A stretch of DNA of 64,000 nucleotides, from contig CAVSBT010000030.1 of assembly GCA_963726245.1 (NCBI GenBank), forward strand, positions 96,001-160,000. Reading direction: 5' to 3'. The stretch comes from an uncultured Chloroflexia bacterium. Its GTDB lineage: Bacteria; Chloroflexota; Dehalococcoidia; DSTF01; JALHUB01. Positions 27,599 to 38,691 of the stretch are shown piece by piece (position 1 is the stretch's first letter; the number at the start of each line of letters is the position of its first letter). Below the pieces are notes generated by a model that searched no databases, was not told the DNA's origin, and was given only the letters and a program-made list of their open reading frames with translations. The translations under genes and the position numbers were made by a program.

Positions 27599-28909
27599 AT
27601 GCCGGTGTCTCAGGCGCCGCGCCCGGCGGGACCGCTTGTGCCCACAGAAGCCGTAGGCCGGCCACGCGTCGCGGCCACGACCTTCGCCGGCACCTTCCGC
27701 TCGTTCCAGAGCTACAACTACCGGCTCTTCTTCTTCGGCCAGATCGTCTCGCTCACCGGGACGTGGATGCAGACCATCGGCCAGGCATGGCTGGTACTGG
27801 ATCTCACCCACTCGCCGCTGGCCCTGGGCACGGTGACGATGCTCCAGTTCCTGCCCGTCTCCCTGCTCGTGTTGTTCGGCGGCGTCATCGCCGACAAGCT
27901 GCCGAAGCGTCGCGTGCTGGTGCTGACGCAGACCGCCGCCATGTCGCAGGCCTTCATCCTGGCGTTCCTCATTTGGAGCGGACTCATTGCCCTGTGGCAG
28001 GTCTATGTGCTGGCGGCCATGCTGGGCCTGACCAACGCCCTCGACAACCCGACGCGCCAGGCCTTCGTGGTGGAGATGGTGGGCCGCGACGACATAGTGA
28101 ACGCGGTGGCCCTGAACTCCAGCCTCTTCAACAGCGCCCGCCTCATAGGGCCGGCGCTTGGCGGCGTGATCATTGCGGTGGTCGGAGTAGGCGCGGTGTT
28201 CTTCATCAACGGCGTCAGCTTCATCGCCGTCATCATCGGCCTGATGCTGATGAAGCCGGCCCTCTTCCACACGATGCCCCGAAGCGGCGACGGCCGCCTC
28301 CTGGAGCAGCTTGCCGAGGGGCTCCGCTACTCGCTGCGAACCCCTGCGATTCTGTTCATACTGATCCTGATGGCGGCCATTGGGACGTTTGGGTACAACT
28401 TCACGGTAGTCTTGCCGCTGCTGGCGCGGAACGTCCTCCACGTGGGCTCCATCGGATTCGGCGCGATGACCTCGGCCGTGGGCGTAGGCTCGCTGGTGGC
28501 GGCGCTCGCCCTGGCCACCTACAGGAAGACGTCTCGCCGGACCCTGCTTCTCGGTGCGACGGCTTTCACCATCCTCCTGGCGGCCGTCGCCGCCTCGCAC
28601 TGGTACGCCTTGACGCTGGTCCTGCTGGTGGCGCTGGGGGTAGCGAGCATCACCTTCACGGCAACGGCGAACAGCACCCTCCAGATGAGCGCTCCGGACC
28701 ATCTGCGAGGCCGCGTCATGAGCCTGTACATGCTGCTGTTCGTGGGGACCACCCCGATCGGCGGCGTGCTGACGGGCGTCGTGGCCGAGCGCATCGGCGT
28801 GCCCCTTACAATCGGCATCGAAGCCGGCATGTGCGCTCTCGGCATTGCGGCGGCGCTCGCCTATCTCGCCGCCCATCGCGCGCCCGCGCGGGCCGAGAGC
28901 CCCGCGTAG
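27599..28909 (+). CDS. MFS transporter (MFS_3/DUF894 type)
   Basis: NYRLFFFGQ..S..GTWMQ, DNPTRQAF, RGRVMS; 12 TM. Confidence 0.92.
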   Translation: MPVSQAPRPAGPLVPTEAVGRPRVAATTFAGTFRSFQSYNYRLFFFGQIVSLTGTWMQTIGQAWLVLDLTHSPLALGTVTMLQFLPVSLLVLFGGVIADKLPKRRVLVLTQTAAMSQAFILAFLIWSGLIALWQVYVLAAMLGLTNALDNPTRQAFVVEMVGRDDIVNAVALNSSLFNSARLIGPALGGVIIAVVGVGAVFFINGVSFIAVIIGLMLMKPALFHTMPRSGDGRLLEQLAEGLRYSLRTPAILFILILMAAIGTFGYNFTVVLPLLARNVLHVGSIGFGAMTSAVGVGSLVAALALATYRKTSRRTLLLGATAFTILLAAVAASHWYALTLVLLVALGVASITFTATANSTLQMSAPDHLRGRVMSLYMLLFVGTTPIGGVLTGVVAERIGVPLTIGIEAGMCALGIAAALAYLAAHRAPARAESPA

Positions 28910-28923
28910 CAGACACGCATCAG

Positions 28924-28997
28924 CCACAGAGGACACAGATTGCGCCAAACACTCCGCCAGGCTGGAAATCTGCGTTTCATCTGGGCGAATCTGTGGC
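28924..28997. repeat. intergenic inverted-repeat element
   Basis: GCCACAGA..CACAGATT / AATCTGCG..AATCTGTGGC. Confidence 0.5.
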
Positions 28998-29049
28998 AAA
29001 CCAAAGACGGTTGCCGCGCGCCGCGGGCTGCCCCTATACTGACTCCTGT

Positions 29050-29122
29050 GCCCCCATCGTCTAGTGGCCCAGGACGCCACCCTTTCAAGGTGGAAACGGG
29101 GGTCCGATTCCCCCTGGGGGCA
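29050..29122 (+). tRNA. tRNA-Glu(TTC)
   Basis: CCACC-CTTTCAA-GGTGG arm; T-loop reads TCCGATT; no encoded CCA. Confidence 0.88.
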
Positions 29123-29182
29123 CTTGTCGCCCGCCTCCCGGCACCTCCCAACTACAGCAGGACGGAGAGACTGTCCACATCT

Positions 29183-29608
29183 ATGCTGAAGGCCAAGACC
29201 ATCGTTATCGGGGTCGTTGTTCTAGCGCTTGTTGCGGTCGGTTTCGGCTGCTCCAGTACCGCCACGCAAAGGAGCACGGAGACGGAATCTCCGGGAATCG
29301 CCATTGATGGTCCTCAACCTGATCTCGTTGCTCTCAGGAGAAACGCGGTCGAGACAGCGTATCCGGAGTTCAAAGATTTCGAGAACCAGGAGAGCTTTGC
29401 CGGCCAGTCAGTCAAGAGCGAAGTCGATGACGGTGACTACTACTTCGCATATATGGTGCTTGGCAGCGGCCTGCCTATCGCCGAAGCGACCTGTTTTCGC
29501 GTCGATCGAACTGGCAGGGTGTTCGAGATAGGGATGTTCCCCGATCCGGTGGACTCGTACGCAGGCTACCGGGATATCAACCCAAGAGACTGCAAAGGGA
29601 TAAAGTAA
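29183..29608 (+). CDS. putative lipoprotein
   Basis: MLKAKTIVIGVVVLALVAVGFGC lipobox-like. Confidence 0.7.
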   Translation: MLKAKTIVIGVVVLALVAVGFGCSSTATQRSTETESPGIAIDGPQPDLVALRRNAVETAYPEFKDFENQESFAGQSVKSEVDDGDYYFAYMVLGSGLPIAEATCFRVDRTGRVFEIGMFPDPVDSYAGYRDINPRDCKGIK

Positions 29609-29685
29609 GAGCAGACCCCCGACGACGGGCTCCCGCCGGGCTGGTGGCCCTGCGACTGCCGCACCAACGTACTATAATCGTCGTT

Positions 29686-31272
29686 GTGAGAGCTTTCGCA
29701 TTCCTGAGGCGGCGACGGGTCGGGATAGCGGCCACGGTCGCCGGCACGGCGCTGCTGGTCGGCACGCTCGCTCCCTTTCAGCACCATGTCGGCCTGCTGA
29801 ACGAGGGCCTGCTGTTCCTCCTGCTGACCCTTCTCGTCTCTTCGACGTGGGGATGGCTGGTCGGAGTCTTCGCCGCCGTTCTCTGCAACCTGGCGCTCAA
29901 CTTCTTCTTCGTTCCGCCGCTGCACACGTTCACCGTGCACCACCCCACCAACGTATTCGCCTTGTTCCTGTTTCTACTGGTGTCGGTCGTCGGTGGTTCT
30001 CTGCTCTCGATAGCGCGTGCCGCCGCGAGCCAGGCCCGGCGCCGGCAGGCAGAGACTGAAGTGCTGCTCTCCTTGAGCCGGACGATGATCGGACGGACGG
30101 AGCCACACGCCGCCCTCATAGCGCTCTGCCAGGAGGTGGTTCAGGCGTTCGATGCGCGCGGCGCGGCCGTGCTCAGCGGCGCCGACGGAAGCTGGACGCT
30201 TCTCGCCTTCGCCGGCGCGGATTCGGCCGGGCGGCAGCCGGACGCCGAGGAGCGCGCGATGGCGGGGCGGGCCGTCGCCGAGGGCATGTCGGTGATGCTG
30301 GGACAAACCGGCCTGAGCACCCGACGCCGGCCCCGTATCGTGAGCCCACGGGTTGCCGCGCTCAGCACGGAAGGGCCACGCCGCAGCATAGCGCTCGTAC
30401 CGCTCAGAGTCGGGGACCGGACGCTCGGCGTTCTCCGCCTCGACGGGCCGATCGGCGAGACCCCCTTCCGCGATCACCCCGACCGCCTGCTCGCCGCGGT
30501 CGCGAGCGAAGCCGCGCTGGCCCTCCAGCGCGTCGAGCTGGCGCAGGCGGCGGCGCACGCCGACGCGCTCATGCAGGCCGACGAGATGAAATCAGCGCTC
30601 CTCGCTTCCATCTCCCACGACCTGAAGACGCCGCTTGCGGGCATCAAGACGGGGGTTTCCAGCCTGCTCGATCGCAGCGTGAACTGGTCGCCGGAGGATG
30701 TGCGGGCGTTCCTGGAGACCATCGATTCGCAGGCCGACCGCCTGAACCGCGTGATCAGCGACGTCCTGGACCTCAACCGGATCGAGGCCGGCGCAGTCAC
30801 GCCGATGCCCAAGCCCGTGAACGCGCGAGAGCTTCTGCAAGAGGCAAGCGACAGAACAGCCCCGGTAACCGCCGGCCGCGACGTTCACGTTAACGTCCCG
30901 ACTGAGGTCCGCGTTCTTACGGACGAATCGCTCATCCTCCAGGCCCTGGTCAACCTCGTCGAGAACGCCGCGAAGTACTCGACGCCTGGCGGCTCGATCC
31001 GCCTGACCGGATCAGTGAAGGGGTCGGCCGTCGAGCTGTCCGTGGAGGATGATGGGCCTGGAATCGCGCCCGAGGACATCCCATATTTGTTCGAACGCTT
31101 CTACCGCGCGGCGGCGCACAGCCGGCGTGTCAAGGGCAGCGGCCTCGGGCTGTCGATAGTCAAAGGGTTCGTGGAGCTGTGCGGCGGCGCGGTGCGGGTC
31201 GAGAGCTCCGCCGCCGGCACCCGCTTCATAGTCACACTGCCCCTCGCCGGGCAGACGACATTGAGCGCATGA
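29686..31272 (+). CDS. kdpD: KdpD-type sensor kinase, membrane (DUF4118)-GAF-kinase part
   Basis: NFFFVPPLHTF, SISHDLKTPL, NLVENA, GSGLGL. Confidence 0.88.
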   Translation: MRAFAFLRRRRVGIAATVAGTALLVGTLAPFQHHVGLLNEGLLFLLLTLLVSSTWGWLVGVFAAVLCNLALNFFFVPPLHTFTVHHPTNVFALFLFLLVSVVGGSLLSIARAAASQARRRQAETEVLLSLSRTMIGRTEPHAALIALCQEVVQAFDARGAAVLSGADGSWTLLAFAGADSAGRQPDAEERAMAGRAVAEGMSVMLGQTGLSTRRRPRIVSPRVAALSTEGPRRSIALVPLRVGDRTLGVLRLDGPIGETPFRDHPDRLLAAVASEAALALQRVELAQAAAHADALMQADEMKSALLASISHDLKTPLAGIKTGVSSLLDRSVNWSPEDVRAFLETIDSQADRLNRVISDVLDLNRIEAGAVTPMPKPVNARELLQEASDRTAPVTAGRDVHVNVPTEVRVLTDESLILQALVNLVENAAKYSTPGGSIRLTGSVKGSAVELSVEDDGPGIAPEDIPYLFERFYRAAAHSRRVKGSGLGLSIVKGFVELCGGAVRVESSAAGTRFIVTLPLAGQTTLSA

Positions 31273-31967
31273 CGGGGCCACGTATTCTCATTGTCGACGA
31301 TGAACCGCAGCTCCGCCGGGCGTTGAAGCGTGCTCTCGAGGGGCACGGCTACGCCGTACGCGAGGCAGAGGACGGCGTCAGCGCGCTCGCCGAGTTCCAG
31401 GCTTTCAAGCCTGACGTCGTGCTGCTGGACCTTGTGCTCCCCGACATGGGTGGCGTCGAGGTGTGCCGTGAGCTGCGGCGCGATCACCAGACGCCGATCA
31501 TCGTGCTGTCGGTCATCGGCGACGAGCGCACCAAGATCGCGGCGCTTGACGAGGGGGCGGACGACTACCTGACGAAGCCGTTTGCCGTCGGCGAGCTCCT
31601 CGCCCGCATACGTGTCGCCCTCCGGCGCGGCAGCTCGGACCGTGACCAGCGACCGGACATCAGCGTCGGGGAGCTCGCGATCGATCTCGAGAGCCGCACT
31701 GTGACGCTGCGCGGCCGGGCGGTTCACCTCACCCCAACCGAGTACAGCCTGCTCAAGTACCTGGCCACCAATGCGGGGAAGGCCCTGACCCACCCGATGA
31801 TCCTGCGCGCCGTCTGGGGCGGCGAGTACGCTGACGATTTCCACATTCTCCGGACCTACATCAACCAGCTACGTTCCAAGCTGGAGGCCGATCCGGCCAG
31901 CCCAACGTTCATCCTGACAGACCCGGGCGTCGGCTATCGCTTCGTGGAGCCCGACACGATTTCCTGA
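31269..31967 (+). CDS. kdpE: response regulator KdpE
   Basis: REC plus winged HTH, LR..I..LR.KLE.DP..P..I.T..GVGY. Confidence 0.9.
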   Translation: MTGPRILIVDDEPQLRRALKRALEGHGYAVREAEDGVSALAEFQAFKPDVVLLDLVLPDMGGVEVCRELRRDHQTPIIVLSVIGDERTKIAALDEGADDYLTKPFAVGELLARIRVALRRGSSDRDQRPDISVGELAIDLESRTVTLRGRAVHLTPTEYSLLKYLATNAGKALTHPMILRAVWGGEYADDFHILRTYINQLRSKLEADPASPTFILTDPGVGYRFVEPDTIS

Positions 31968-32030
31968 CACTTCCCGTACTTCTTCATTGACGGGCCTGAC
32001 ACGGCCCTGACAGCCGGCTTTCTACAATAG
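31962..32030 (+). promoter_or_regulatory. OmpR-type direct repeats plus -10 box (candidate KdpE site)
   Basis: TTGACGGGCC/CTGACACGGCC/CTGACAGCC at ~10-11-bp spacing, then TACAAT. Confidence 0.5.
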
Positions 32031-32034
32031 GCAC

Positions 32035-32421
32035 ATGAAGGTCTTACTCGTGGAGGACGAGGCGGCGCTGGCGGACGTGATCGGCCGCAACCTGTGGGCG
32101 CGCGGACACAGCGTGACGCTGGCCCCAACGGCCGAGGCCGCTCTCCATAGCCTGGCCGTTGAGCGCCCCGACGTTCTCCTGCTCGACGTCAATCTGCCGG
32201 ACATGACGGGTTGGGACGTCCTGCGACGCCTTGACGAAGACGACCGCCGCCGTCTCTCCGTCGTGGTGATATCGGCCGCACCCATTTCGCCCAAGCGGAT
32301 CGAGGAGTTCAAGCCGGAGCGCTGCCTGATGAAGCCGTTCCCGATCGACGCGTTGTTGCGGACTCTCGGCGAGCTCGACAGCGCAAGTCAACGGGCGGAC
32401 TCGGGCGGCGATCCGCCTTGA
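32035..32421 (+). CDS. single-domain response regulator
   Basis: VEDE, LLLDVNLPD, ISA, KPF. Confidence 0.88.
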   Translation: MKVLLVEDEAALADVIGRNLWARGHSVTLAPTAEAALHSLAVERPDVLLLDVNLPDMTGWDVLRRLDEDDRRRLSVVVISAAPISPKRIEEFKPERCLMKPFPIDALLRTLGELDSASQRADSGGDPP

Positions 32422-32493
32422 GGAGCTGTACAGAGGTCGGCCATGAGCGACGTAGCTTTCGGCTGTTAGCACTCTCGAGCGGGTGTAGGTAAT

Positions 32494-32577
32494 ATGGAGA
32501 ACGTGGTTCTTTGCATCATTGCCGTGGCGGTGATGACATACCTGGTTTTCGCCCTCATTCGGCCGGAGCAGTTCTAG
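32494..32577 (+). CDS. kdpF: K+-ATPase F subunit
   Basis: MENVVLCIIAVAVMTYLVFALIRPEQF (YL..AL..PE.F), below ORF-track cutoff. Confidence 0.88.
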   Translation: MENVVLCIIAVAVMTYLVFALIRPEQF

Positions 32578-32597
32578 CCCCATGAAGGGGTCCTGAG

Positions 32598-34389
32598 ATG
32601 GCGATTGACATTCTGCAGATGCTAGTGGTCCTGGCGCTGCTGTTCTTGCTGGCGGTGCCCCTAGGCCGCTACATGGCTGCCGTGTTCACCGGAGGCCGGA
32701 CGTGGCTCGATCCGGTCTTTGACCCCATCGACAACGCCATCTACCGGCTGGGTGGGATCCGTAAGGAGCCGCAGCGCTGGCCCGCGTACGTGCGGGCTAT
32801 GCTCTTACTAACCTCGTCATGTTCATAGTGATCTACGCAATCCTGGAGCTGCAGCACGTTTTGCCGCTTAACCCCGATGGGATGGGCTTCATCAACCCGC
32901 TGCTGGGCTTCAATACGGCCGCGAGCTTCATCACCAACACCAACTGGCAGAACTACGGAGGAGAGAGCACGCTCTCCTATTTCAGCCAGATGTTCGCGAT
33001 CACCTTCCCAATGTTCACCTCTGCAGCTACGGGGCTGGCCTGCGGGGTCGCATTCATTCGCGGCCTCGGGGGCAGTGTTGACCTGGGCAACTTCTACGTG
33101 GACCTGACCCGCTCGCTTACCCGCATCCTGATCCCGGCTGCGCTCATCATCGGTGTTGTGCTGGTCGGCCTTGGAGTGCCTGCAACGTTCTCAGGGTCGC
33201 AGACGGTCACGACTCTGAATGGCCCGCTCGCATCGGCGTCTGTGGCAACAGACAACGCCCGGCTCGCCGCCCGCCGACACCGGTGCCGCACCCCGAAGCA
33301 GCGGCTTCCGCCACGGCGCAGGGCCAGCAGACGATTACGCGGGGTCCGGTGGCGGCATTGGAGACCATCAAGGAGCTGGGCACGAACGGGGGCGGCTGGT
33401 TCAACGCCAATTCGGCCCATCCCTTCGAGAACCCACGCCCCATAACCAACGTCCTGGAGATCCTTATGCTGGCCCCCATCCCGGTGGCGATCATCTTCAT
33501 GCTTGGCCACATGCTCATGCGGAAGAGGCAGGCCCTGGTATTCTTCGGAGTGATGGCCGCCCTCCTGGTGGCGTTCCTCGCCGTCTGCTACGCGGGTGAG
33601 CAGCACGGCAATCCCCTGCTCACCGCACAGGGTCTCAACTCGGCTCAGGGCAACATGGAGGGCAAGGAACAGCGCTTCGGCCAAGCTCAGACGGCCCTCT
33701 ACGCCACCGCGACAACCGCTTTCACAACCGGCACCGTGGACGCCTCACACGATAGCATGACGCCCTTGGGCAGCATCACGACCTTCTCACAGATGTTCCT
33801 CCAGGCCGTCTTCGGCGGGAAGGGCGTGGGTTTCATCACCTTCATTGTCTTCGTCATCTTAACCATCTTCTTAACCGGCCTCATGGTGGGCCGGACGCCG
33901 GAGTTTCTCGGCAAGAAGATCGAGGCCCACGAGGTCAAGCTTGCCGGTTTCACTTTTCTCGTGCACCCCTTCCTGATCCTAATACCCACCGCCATCACCT
34001 TCGCGCTCAAACTCGACCCCAGCTCGATTCTGAATCCCGGGCCACACGGCTTCAGCGAGGTGCTCTACGCCTTCACGTCGGCGGCGGCCAACAACGGCTC
34101 GGCCTTCGCCGGCCTGACCGGCAATACCCCCTGGTTCAACGTCAGCCTGGGCGTCGTTATGCTCCTGGCCCGGTACATTCCTATTGTTCTCATGCTGGCG
34201 CTGGCCGGCGGGCTGGCGGCGAAAAAGACGCTGCCCGCAACCGCGGGGACCATGCGCACCGACACTCTGCTGTTCGCCGTGATTCTGACAGGGACGATTC
34301 TGATCATTACCCTGCTGACGTTCTTCCCGGTGCTCGCCATAGGCCCGATAGCGGAACATCTTGCGATGGAAGCAGGAAAGACGTTCTAG
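32598..34389 (+). CDS. kdpA: K+-ATPase A subunit (frameshifted)
   Basis: [31 protein letters not shown]. Confidence 0.93.
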
Positions 34390-34400
34390 GCAAGAAGGAT

Positions 34401-36439
34401 ATGAAACGTAAGGGGCGCGGCCTCCGCAGTGCAACATTTGACCGGGACATTCTCGTTCCCGCTCTGGGACATGCGCTCGTCAAGCTCGACCCGCGCTGGA
34501 TGATTCGCAACCCGGTCATGTTCGTGGTCGAGATCGGGGCGGTCCTAACACTCCTCCTAAGCATCGACCCGAGCATCTTCGGCGGGGCCACAGCCAGTCG
34601 CGGCTATAACCTCGTCGTCACGCTGATCCTCGTGGCGACCGTGCTGTTTGCCAACTACGCTGAAGCCGTCGCCGAAGGCAGGGGACGGGCTCAGGCAGAT
34701 ACCCTGCGCCGTACCAAGAAGGACACGCCTGCCAAGCGCGAGCGGCCTGACGGGACTGTGGAGGAGATCGTGTCCTCTGAGCTCCGCAGCGGCGATGTCG
34801 TTCTGATCGAGACGGGTGACATCGTCCCCGGCGACGGCGACGTCATCGCCGGCGTCGCTTACGTCAATGAATCGGCGATAACCGGCGAATCCGCCCCTGT
34901 GCTCAAGGAGCCGGGAACGGACACCCGCAGCTCGGTAACCGGCGGGACGACCGTCATCAGCGACTGGCTCCGCGTCCGCATCACAGCCAATCCTGGCGAG
35001 ACGTTCCTGGACCGGATGATTGCCCTCGTCGAAGGTGCGAAACGGCAGAAGACGCCCAATGAGATCGCACTGACCGTGTTGCTTGCCGCCCTCACACTCA
35101 TCTTCCTCGTCGCCACCGCCACGCTTTCGCCCTTCGCCAAGTTTCTGGGAGGTCCGGTGGACATCGCGACGCTCATCGCCCTCCTCGTGTGCCTCATTCC
35201 GACCACGATCGGCGCGCTGCTTTCGGCCATCGGCATCGCCGGCATAGACCGAGTGACCCGCTTCAACGTCCTGGCGATGTCGGGCAGGGCGGTCGAAGCC
35301 GCCGGTGACATCGACACGCTGCCTGCTGGACAAGACCGGCACCATCACCTACGGCAACCGCATGGCGGCGCAGTTCATCCCGGTCGGGGGCCACACGGAG
35401 CTCGAGCTGGCTGAAGCGGCCATGATGTCCTCGGTTGCGGACGACACACCCGAAGGGAAGTCGATCGTGCAGCTCGCTGAACAGATGGGCGTGAAGCGCC
35501 TCGGCAAGGTTGCCGACACCGCCGAGCTCATCCCGTTCACCGCAGAGACCAGGATGAGCGGCATTGACGCAGAACGGTCGGAAGATCATGAAGGGCGCCG
35601 TGGACGCCATCGAGCGACTCGTGTGGACCGTTCCCGACGAACTGAAACAACGTGCCGATATGTGGCAGGCGAGGGCGGGACGCCGCTGGCTGTAGCCGTC
35701 AACCAGGAGGTGTACGGGCTGGTGTACCTCAAGGATACCGTGAAGCCCGGCCTCAAGCGAACGCTTCGCCGACTTCCGGGCGATGGGAATCCGCACGGTG
35801 ATGGTGACCGGGGACAACCCGCTGACGGCGGCAACGATCGCCAGAGAAGCTGGGATTGACGACTTCCTGGCGCAGGCAACGCCCGAAACAAGATTCAGAC
35901 GCATTCGAGATGAGCAGGCCCAAGGCCGGCTGGTTGCCATGACAGGGGACGGAACCAACGACGCGCCGGCCCTCGCTCAGGCCGACGTGGGTCTCGCCAT
36001 GAACTCAGGGACGAGCGCTGCCAAGGAAGCGGCCAACATGGTCGACCTGGACTCCGATCCCACTAAGCTCCTAGACGTGGTGATGATTGGCAAGCAACTG
36101 CTGATTACGCGTGGCGCCATCACCACATTCTCGATAGCCAACGACGTGGCGAAGTACTTCGCCATTATTCCCGCCATCTTCGTAGCAATATTCCCTGAGC
36201 TAAACAAGCTCAACATCATGCATTTGGCGACTCCTCATAGCGCCATACTTTCGGCGCTCATTTTCAACGCCGTCATCATTGTGATGCTCATTCCCCTGGC
36301 TCTCAGGGGTGTCAAGTATCGGCCGGCGAGCGCCGACAGCTTGCTGCTTCGGAACATCGGCATCTATGGGGCCGGCGGGATCATTGCGCCGTTCATCGGC
36401 ATCAAGCTGATCGACCTGCTCGTCGGTCTCGTGAGCTAA
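34401..36439 (+). CDS. kdpB: K+-ATPase B subunit (frameshifted)
   Basis: [26 protein letters not shown]. Confidence 0.93.
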
Positions 36440-36455
36440 GGGCAGGAGGACCGCG

Positions 36456-37040
36456 ATGCTCGCTCCGATACGAATCTCAATCGTGTTCCTGCTGCTCCTG
36501 GGAGGGCTCTACCCGGTGGTGATCGTGGGAGCAGGTCAGGTGCTGTTCCATCACCAAGCCCAGGGCAGCATCATTACAAATGCCGGCGGGACGCCGATCG
36601 GTTCCTCACTGATCGCCCAAGCCTTCGACAAGGACATCTACTTCCACCCCCGTCCCTCGGCGGCGGGTGCCGATGGCTATGACGCCACCGCGTCGGGTGG
36701 GTCGAACCTGGCGCCGACCAACCACGTGCTGATTGATCGGGTGAAGAGCGCCGCCGAGGCGCTGCGCCAGGAGAACCCGAGCCTGCAGCGGCTCCCTGCC
36801 GACCTCTTGACGACATCATTTTCTGGCCTGGACCCCGACATCTCCGTCGACGGTGCCATGGCGCAGGTACCACGGGTTGCCAAGGCTCGCTCCCTACCGG
36901 AGTCGCAGGTCGCCGCGCTCGTCAAGAACCACGTCACTGGCCGCGACCTTGGCATCTTCGGCGAGCGAAGGGTTAACGTGCTCGAATTGAACATCGCGCT
37001 GGACAAGATGACATCTGGAGCCGCAACGGCCCAGCAATAG
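36456..37040 (+). CDS. kdpC: K+-ATPase C subunit
   Basis: YFHPRPSA, SGGSNL, SGLDPDIS, VNVLELN. Confidence 0.94.
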   Translation: MLAPIRISIVFLLLLGGLYPVVIVGAGQVLFHHQAQGSIITNAGGTPIGSSLIAQAFDKDIYFHPRPSAAGADGYDATASGGSNLAPTNHVLIDRVKSAAEALRQENPSLQRLPADLLTTSFSGLDPDISVDGAMAQVPRVAKARSLPESQVAALVKNHVTGRDLGIFGERRVNVLELNIALDKMTSGAATAQQ

Positions 37041-37059
37041 GACCTGGAGGTCATGCGCC

Positions 37060-37449
37060 ATGGCTGGTAACGTTATACTCGTCGGCGACGACTCTGCAAT
37101 CCTGATGCAGCTCGCCGTAGGGCTGCGCGGCACGGCACACACAGTGACCGTGGCGGAATCATCGCATCCCCTCGCGCGGGCGCTCCAACTTGCCGCGCAC
37201 CGCCCGACGGCGATGCTCGTGGCGCTGGGCGGACGGGAGAACGTGGTCGACGTGCGCCTTCTTCTGGCAAGCTCACCCGAGACCAGATTCGTGTTCATCG
37301 TCCCACAGATGCCGCCCCGGGCCCCGCTGGCGCGCGTGGTCAGAGAGCACGGCGGTGCCATCGTGTCAGGCGCCGACGCGCCCGTCGTGATAATGGCGAC
37401 TATTGTTGCATTCCTGGCTGAGGCAGGCCGAACCAGCCGCACCGCATGA
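37060..37449 (+). CDS. degenerate receiver-like protein
   Basis: VILVGDD start, alpha/beta pattern; coupled to downstream gene. Confidence 0.55.
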   Translation: MAGNVILVGDDSAILMQLAVGLRGTAHTVTVAESSHPLARALQLAAHRPTAMLVALGGRENVVDVRLLLASSPETRFVFIVPQMPPRAPLARVVREHGGAIVSGADAPVVIMATIVAFLAEAGRTSRTA

Positions 37450-38567
37450 ACGATTCACGCCCCGATCCCGAAGCCCTGCTTGCGAAGCTGCAACGCGAGA
37501 AGCGAAAGGCCGGACGCGGCACCCTGCGCATCTACCTTGGCGCGTTCCCCGGCGTCGGCAAGACCTATGCCATGCTCGACGAGGCTCATCGCCGCACGAG
37601 CTACGGTGAGGACGTGGTCGTTGGATACGTCGAAACCCACGGCCGCCAGCCAATCGCCGACCTTCTCGAGGGCCTCGAAGTGCTTCCCCGCAAGCGCATC
37701 GAATACAAGGGCGTCATCGTCGAGGAGATGGATGTCGAGGCGGTGCTGAGGCGGCATCCGGCGGTCTGTCTCGTTGATGAGCTCGCACACACCAACGCTC
37801 CCGGTTCGGAACGGGAGAAGCGGTACGAGGATGTCGAGGAGATCCTCGACGCGGGAATCAAAGTGGTCTCCACATTGAACATCCAGCACCTCGAGAGCCT
37901 GAACGACGTCGTTCAAGCGACCACCGGCGTCCGGGTACGCGAGACCATCCCCGACTCGGTCGTGGACAACGCTGACGAACTGATCCTCATCGACCTCTCG
38001 CCGGAGGCCGCCCGCGCCCGTATGCAGCACGGCCACATCTACCCCCAGGCCCAGGCCCAGACTGCGCTCGAGAACTTCTTCCGGGCCGACAACCTGGCGG
38101 CGCTGCGTGAACTGGCTCTGCGGCGGACGGCGCAGGAGGTGGAAGTACAGCTCGACGAGTACATGCGCGAGGCGGCGCGGCAGGCTGCCGTGGACGAACG
38201 CGTCCTGGTATTGATCGATGAGACCCCCTTCTCGAGGACGTTGATCCGTCGCGGCTGGCGCATCGCGCAAGGACTGAGAGCCGATCTAGTGGTGGCCTAC
38301 CTCAAGCAGGATCTCGATCAGGCGGCCCAGGCCGAGCTATCGCGCACGCTCGAGCTCGCGGAGGACCTGAACGCGCGCATCCATCTCTTGGAGGGCACCG
38401 ACGCGACTCCAGCGCTCATAGCCTTCATCCAGGTGGAGGGCATCAATCACCTGATCCTCCCCTATCGCCACCGCAGCGCGCCGAAGCGTCTGCTGAAACG
38501 CTCGCTGGCAGACCAGCTAATGGGCGCGCTGCCGCACCTCGACGTCCACCTCGTTCGCTATCAGTAG
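37446..38567 (+). CDS. KdpD N-terminal domain plus USP domain (split KdpD)
   Basis: YLGAFPGVGKTYAML, DELAHTN, LNIQHLESLND, LRELALR. Confidence 0.92.
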   Translation: MNDSRPDPEALLAKLQREKRKAGRGTLRIYLGAFPGVGKTYAMLDEAHRRTSYGEDVVVGYVETHGRQPIADLLEGLEVLPRKRIEYKGVIVEEMDVEAVLRRHPAVCLVDELAHTNAPGSEREKRYEDVEEILDAGIKVVSTLNIQHLESLNDVVQATTGVRVRETIPDSVVDNADELILIDLSPEAARARMQHGHIYPQAQAQTALENFFRADNLAALRELALRRTAQEVEVQLDEYMREAARQAAVDERVLVLIDETPFSRTLIRRGWRIAQGLRADLVVAYLKQDLDQAAQAELSRTLELAEDLNARIHLLEGTDATPALIAFIQVEGINHLILPYRHRSAPKRLLKRSLADQLMGALPHLDVHLVRYQ

Positions 38568-38617
38568 GCACGCCGGCAGGCGCAGGATTCCCTTCTGACT
38601 ATCCTGGTGCCATCTAC

Positions 38618-38647
38618 TTGACAATAGAACGCCCGTTCTGCTACATT
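38618..38647 (+). promoter_or_regulatory. promoter with LexA (SOS) box
   Basis: TTGACA-at-AGAACgcccGTTCT-gc-TACATT. Confidence 0.85.
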
Positions 38648-38691
38648 GAGGCTGCCTCGGCCGTGCTCCTTACCGACCAGGGACCTGAGCC

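Noticed and set aside
27464-29080. Long antisense and overlapping ORFs here and throughout
   Set aside because: Shadow ORFs expected at high GC opposite well-supported genes.
32443-32488. Tiny ORF before kdpF (MSDVAF...ERV)
   Set aside because: Possibly a remnant of the small peptide often found before kdpF, but too short and broken to call.
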